NCBI GenBank assembly: GCA_963771355.1
Contig: CAVYTA010000006.1
Coordinates: 2,368,001 to 2,432,000 of the forward strand
Length of the DNA stretch: 64,000 nucleotides
Direction of reading: 5' to 3'
From: an uncultured Candidatus Rokubacteria bacterium
GTDB lineage: Bacteria; Methylomirabilota; Methylomirabilia; Rokubacteriales; CSP1-6
Shown: positions 60,217 to 64,000 of the stretch, in pieces
Numbering within the stretch: position 1 is the stretch's first letter
Layout: each line of letters begins with the position of its first letter
The notes under the pieces: generated by a model
What the model was told of the DNA's origin: nothing
What the model saw: the letters and a program-made list of their open reading frames with translations, nothing else
Databases searched by the model: none
Made by a program: the position numbers and the translations under genes

Positions 60217-61317
60217 CTACTGGCCCCGCCCGCGCCCCGACACCTCCCACACCGCCTCGACCTTGTCGCCGCGCATGGCATAGATCTGATCGTAGAGATT
60301 GATGGTGGGATCGCAGTGCGGGGGGAAGAACTCGATCCGGTCGCCGAGCCGCGGGGCGCGGTCCTGGTCGGAAATGGTGAGGCGGCCGTGCTCGTCGCCC
60401 GCCCACGAGTACTCGACGCCCGGCCACTCGACGGCCTCGGGCGGGAACGGGCGGTCGGTGGAGAACGCTTTGAAGCCGCCGTCCACGATGGCCAGCTCCG
60501 CGCTCGGCCTGCTCACCACCGTCGTCAACACGGTGAGCGCCAGCTCGAACTGGCTGTTGAGCTTGCTGCCCTTGGCGCCGATGCGCCGGTAGTCGAGGTC
60601 CATCACGCAGTAGGAGCCCGCCTGCAGCTCGGTGAGCCCGGGCAGCTCCACGTCGATGTCGAAGGTGCCGCTCGAGCCCCCGCTCACGATCTCCACCGGA
60701 AGCCCGTGCTTGTCGAACAGATCGCGCGTCTTCATGAGCCGGCGCATCCACTTGAGCGAGGCCTTGTGGCGTGACGCCCAGCCCATCACGTGGGCGCAGT
60801 GGCCCGCATACCCCTGCAGCCCGCGCAGGTTCAGCGCGCGCTCGTTGGCCACGAGCTTGCCCAGGTGCAGCGCGGGTTCGCCCGGCTCCACCCCGGTGCG
60901 CCGGCCGCCCACCTCCACGTCCACGAGGACATTGAGCACCTTGCCCGCGCGACCCATGGCGCCGGCCAGCTCGCGGATGTTCTCGGCGTTGTCCACCACC
61001 GCCAGCGTCTCGGGACTCTTGTCGAGCACCTTGAGGAGGCGGCCGATCTTCTCTTCTCCCACCACCTCGGTGGTGATGAGGAGGTTACGGACGCCCGCGG
61101 TCGCCATCACCTCCGCCTCACCCACCTTCGCCACGCACACCCCCACCGCGCCGGCGGCGATCTGGCGACGCGCGATCTCCGGGCACTTGTGGGTCTTGGC
61201 GTGGGGGCGGATCTTCTTGCCCACCGCCTTCACGTGAGCGGCCATCTTCTGGAGATTGCGCTCGAAGCGATCGAGATCGAGGAGCAGCGCGGGCGTGGGG
61301 AGCTCGGCCTTGGTCAT
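60217..61317 (-). CDS. Fold-type III PLP enzyme, D-threonine aldolase / DSD1 family
   Basis: LPTPAL, RPHAKTHK, RTGV, QGYAGH, ELQAGSY, DEHG, HCDPTINLYD. Confidence 0.92.
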   Translation of the reverse strand: MTKAELPTPALLLDLDRFERNLQKMAAHVKAVGKKIRPHAKTHKCPEIARRQIAAGAVGVCVAKVGEAEVMATAGVRNLLITTEVVGEEKIGRLLKVLDKSPETLAVVDNAENIRELAGAMGRAGKVLNVLVDVEVGGRRTGVEPGEPALHLGKLVANERALNLRGLQGYAGHCAHVMGWASRHKASLKWMRRLMKTRDLFDKHGLPVEIVSGGSSGTFDIDVELPGLTELQAGSYCVMDLDYRRIGAKGSKLNSQFELALTVLTTVVSRPSAELAIVDGGFKAFSTDRPFPPEAVEWPGVEYSWAGDEHGRLTISDQDRAPRLGDRIEFFPPHCDPTINLYDQIYAMRGDKVEAVWEVSGRGRGQ

Positions 61318-61375
61318 GGCGGGGAGGATAGCACGGTCGCCCCCGCCGCCGGACTCGCGGTATGATGTCGCCCTC

Positions 61376-62542
61376 ATGCCCGGGCGCCCCTTTCTCCAGA
61401 TCCCCGGCCCCACGCTGGTTCCGGAGCGCATCGTCCGGGCCATGTCCCAATCCATCATCGATCACCGGGGCCCGGCGTTCGCCGGACTGGTCCGTGAATG
61501 CCTGGACGGCCTCAAGGGCGTGTTCCAGACGGAGGGCGGCCACATCCTGCTCTTCCCGGGATCGGGCACCGGCGCGTGGGAGGTGGCCCTCGTCAACACG
61601 CTGTCACCGGGCGATCGCGTGCTCGCCTGCGTGAACGGCCATTTCTCCGCCGGCTTCGCCAAGGTGGCCGCCGCCTACGGCATCGAGTGCGACCGCCTCG
61701 AGGTCTCCTATGGCGACGGCATCGCCGCCGCTGACGTCGAGACCCGGCTCCGTGCGGACTCCGCCCGGCAGATTCGCGCGGTGCTGGTCGTGCACAACGA
61801 GACGTCCACCGGCGTCACCAGTGACATCGCGGCCATCCGGCGCGCCCTCACTGCCGCCGGCCATCCGGCTCTGCTGCTGGTGGACACCGTGTCCTCGCTC
61901 GCCTCCATCGATTTCCGCATGGACGAGTGGGGCGTGGACGTGGCGCTCACGGGGCCCCAGAAGGGGCTCATGCTGCCGCCCGGGCTGGCCATCGTGGCCG
62001 CGAGCCAGAAAGCGGTGGACGCGAGCGAGAAGGCGAAGTGCCCGCGCTCGTACTGGGACTGGGCGCCGGTGATCGAGCGGAATCGCCGCGGCGAGTATCC
62101 CTATACGCCGGCAATCGCTCTGCTCTTCGGGCTACGCGAGTCACTGGCCATGCTCTCCGAAGAGGGGCTGACCCAGGTCTTCACGCGCCACGCCCGGCTG
62201 GGTGAGGCCTGCCGCCGCGCGGTTTGCGGGCTCGGGCTCGAGATCCTCTGCCGGAACCCCGCGGAGTACTCGAACACGCTCACCGCCGTGGTCATGCCCC
62301 GGGGCAAGGACTCCGACGCCTACATCGCGCATGCCCACCAGGCGCTCGCGATGTCACTCGGCGCCGGGCTCGGCGCCATGAAGGGCAAGGTCTTCCGCAT
62401 CGGGCACCTCGGCAGCCTCAACGAGCTGGAGCTGCTCGGCGGGCTGGCCGGCGTGGAGATGACGCTCCGGAGCTTCGGCGTGGACGTGCGCCTCGGCGCC
62501 GGGCTCGCCGCCGCCCAGCAGTACCTGCTCGAGACCGCCTGA
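61376..62542 (+). CDS. Class V aminotransferase (serine/alanine-glyoxylate aminotransferase-like)
   Basis: FLQIPGPT, IDHRGP, SGTGAWE, HNETSTG, DTVSS, QKGLMLPPG, PYTP, FRIGHLG. Confidence 0.93.
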   Translation: MPGRPFLQIPGPTLVPERIVRAMSQSIIDHRGPAFAGLVRECLDGLKGVFQTEGGHILLFPGSGTGAWEVALVNTLSPGDRVLACVNGHFSAGFAKVAAAYGIECDRLEVSYGDGIAAADVETRLRADSARQIRAVLVVHNETSTGVTSDIAAIRRALTAAGHPALLLVDTVSSLASIDFRMDEWGVDVALTGPQKGLMLPPGLAIVAASQKAVDASEKAKCPRSYWDWAPVIERNRRGEYPYTPAIALLFGLRESLAMLSEEGLTQVFTRHARLGEACRRAVCGLGLEILCRNPAEYSNTLTAVVMPRGKDSDAYIAHAHQALAMSLGAGLGAMKGKVFRIGHLGSLNELELLGGLAGVEMTLRSFGVDVRLGAGLAAAQQYLLETA

Positions 62543-62564
62543 CCCCGCGGCGAGCGCGCCCCGC

Positions 62565-63014
62565 CTAGCTGAGGCTCACCCGGTCCGATAGCTCGTTGCG
62601 GTCGTCGGGTCGTCGGGGGAAATGCGCGGCGAGCGATGCGCCGACCTCGCCCACGGCATCGATCAGCCCGTCCCGCGGGCGCTCGTCCCGGAGATGCCCC
62701 AGGATGCGCGCGACGAGGCTGTCCCAGTAGGCCTGCCCCACGCGGGCGTGGATGCCGGCGTCGCCGATCACGGCGAGCTTCCGGTCCGTCACCGCCACGT
62801 AGACGAGCACTCCGGCCCGCAGGTCGGTGCGGTGCATGCCGAGGCGCTCGAAGATCGCCACCGCGCGCGCCATCGGGTCACCCGGGCACGAGTGGTCGAG
62901 GTGGACGCGGATCTCGGCGGCCGTCCGCGCCTCCGCCGCCGTCACCGCCGCCGCCACCGCGTCCTGATCGGCGGCCGACAGGAATCCCCGGACCCAGCGC
63001 GGATGGCGGGCCAT
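62565..63014 (-). CDS. TPM-domain protein (short type)
   Basis: AEARTAAEIRVH, GVLVYVA..DRKLAVIGDAGIH, DRNELSD. Confidence 0.88.
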   Translation of the reverse strand: MARHPRWVRGFLSAADQDAVAAAVTAAEARTAAEIRVHLDHSCPGDPMARAVAIFERLGMHRTDLRAGVLVYVAVTDRKLAVIGDAGIHARVGQAYWDSLVARILGHLRDERPRDGLIDAVGEVGASLAAHFPRRPDDRNELSDRVSLS

Positions 63015-63790
63015 CACCAGTTCCCGCTCGAGCCGCCGCCGCCGAAGGATCCGCCGCCCCCGCTGAACCCGCCACCCGAGCCGCCCCCGCTCGAGCCGCC
63101 CCCGAAACCCCCGAATCCACCGCCCCCGATGTATGGTCCCCACCCGCGGGAGCCGCCCGTCCAGCCATTCCGGCGCGCGCGCATCGCGTTCCGCTGGGCG
63201 GAGAGGACGATGCCCAGGATGACGAGGAGGGTGAAGCCGATGGGAATCAAGGCGGGAATGGAGCCGTCGCGGGACGACGCGCGCCGCCCGTCCGCGCGGT
63301 ACTCCCCCTTGATGGCGGCGTCAATGGCGTCGAGCCCGGCGGCGATGCCGGCGGCGATCTTCCCCTCGCGGAACCGAGGAGCCACCTCCTGGCTCAGGAT
63401 GGCGGACGAGGTGGCGTCGGTCAGCACCCCCTCGAGGCCGTAGCCGACCTCGATCCGCATCTTCCGATCCTCGAGGAAGATCAGGAAGATGACGCCGTTG
63501 TCGAGGCCTTTCTGGCCGATCTTCCACTTCTCGGCGAGCCGGACCGAATAATCCTCGAGACTCTCGCCCTGGAGTGAGCGGAAGATCGCGACCACCACCT
63601 GATTCCGGCTGGTGCGCTCGCGCTCGACGAGGCGCGCCTCGAGCCGGTCACGATCGGCCGGCGCCAGCGCCCCCGCGAAGTCGCTGACGCGGCGGTCGGG
63701 TGAGGGCGGGATGGGCAGAGCGGCGGAGACGGCGCCCGGCGCCGAGACGGCGAGGAGGGCGAGCGCGATCGCCAGTCGGATCGGGCGCAC
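63014..63790 (-). CDS. TPM-domain protein (YgcG type) with TM helix and Gly-rich tail
   Basis: WKIGQKGLDNG, RIEVGYGLEG.LTD, FSGGGGSFGGGGSSGNW. Confidence 0.93.
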   Translation of the reverse strand: MRPIRLAIALALLAVSAPGAVSAALPIPPSPDRRVSDFAGALAPADRDRLEARLVERERTSRNQVVVAIFRSLQGESLEDYSVRLAEKWKIGQKGLDNGVIFLIFLEDRKMRIEVGYGLEGVLTDATSSAILSQEVAPRFREGKIAAGIAAGLDAIDAAIKGEYRADGRRASSRDGSIPALIPIGFTLLVILGIVLSAQRNAMRARRNGWTGGSRGWGPYIGGGGFGGFGGGSSGGGSGGGFSGGGGSFGGGGSSGNW

Positions 63791-63814
63791 CGGGGGCTCC
63801 GCCGCGGAACGCGG

Positions 63815-64000
63815 CTAGAACTTGACCTTCGGCGCAGCCTCACTGCCGGGCGCGGCCTCGAAGTAGGCCTTCTCCTTGAATCCGCGGAAGGCGGCAACGA
63901 GGCTGCCGGGGAAGAGACGGATCTGCGTGTTGTAGGCCTGCACCGCCTCGTTGAAGCGACGGCGCTCGACCGTGATACGGTTCTCGGTGCCCTCGAGCTG
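63815..64000 (-). CDS. lemA: LemA family protein, C-terminal part (5' end beyond window)
   Basis: Manual translation QLEGTENRITVERRRFNEAVQAYNTQIRLFP...YFEA..APKVKF*. Confidence 0.92.
   Translation of the reverse strand, partial: QLEGTENRITVERRRFNEAVQAYNTQIRLFPGSLVAAFRGFKEKAYFEAAPGSEAAPKVKF

Noticed and set aside
63020..63125. GGC-rich low-complexity repeat
   Set aside because: Encodes the ordinary Gly-rich tail of YgcG-type TPM proteins; LemA-TPM-TPM is a common operon.

Overview
Very GC-rich (about 70% by eye) bacterial chromosomal segment with roughly 60 densely packed metabolic, transport and signalling genes. I saw no rRNA, tRNA, CRISPR array, transposase or phage genes. The many solute-binding proteins, LLM/F420 oxidoreductases, CoA transferases and short GC-rich intergenic repeats suggest Candidatus Rokuibacteriota/Methylomirabilota (inference only). 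At least ten otherwise intact genes carry small indels, probably long-read consensus errors. Main content, in order: an HcmA-like acyl-CoA mutase next to an epoxide hydrolase; an MtoX/SBP56-like protein plus SCO; a CHASE2 cyclase and FecR protein; two Dpp-type and one Liv-type ABC systems; a solo Cas4/AddB-like nuclease; hemE-hemY; citrate synthase-aconitase-PrpF; two MetE-core Zn enzymes; a long acyl-CoA catabolic cluster; a HerA-like ATPase; dusB; a divergent aldolase/aminotransferase pair; and LemA-TPM-TPM. The most interesting signals are an MtoX homologue with its copper His ligands intact but one TTQ Trp replaced by Arg and no mauG, a MIRU-like mini-ORF repeat that preserves translational coupling, the mutase-epoxide hydrolase coupling, twin MetE-core enzymes around a transporter, a sigma54-driven small protein, and recurrent leaderless promoters. 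All protein assignments come from motif recognition by eye; no searches were run.
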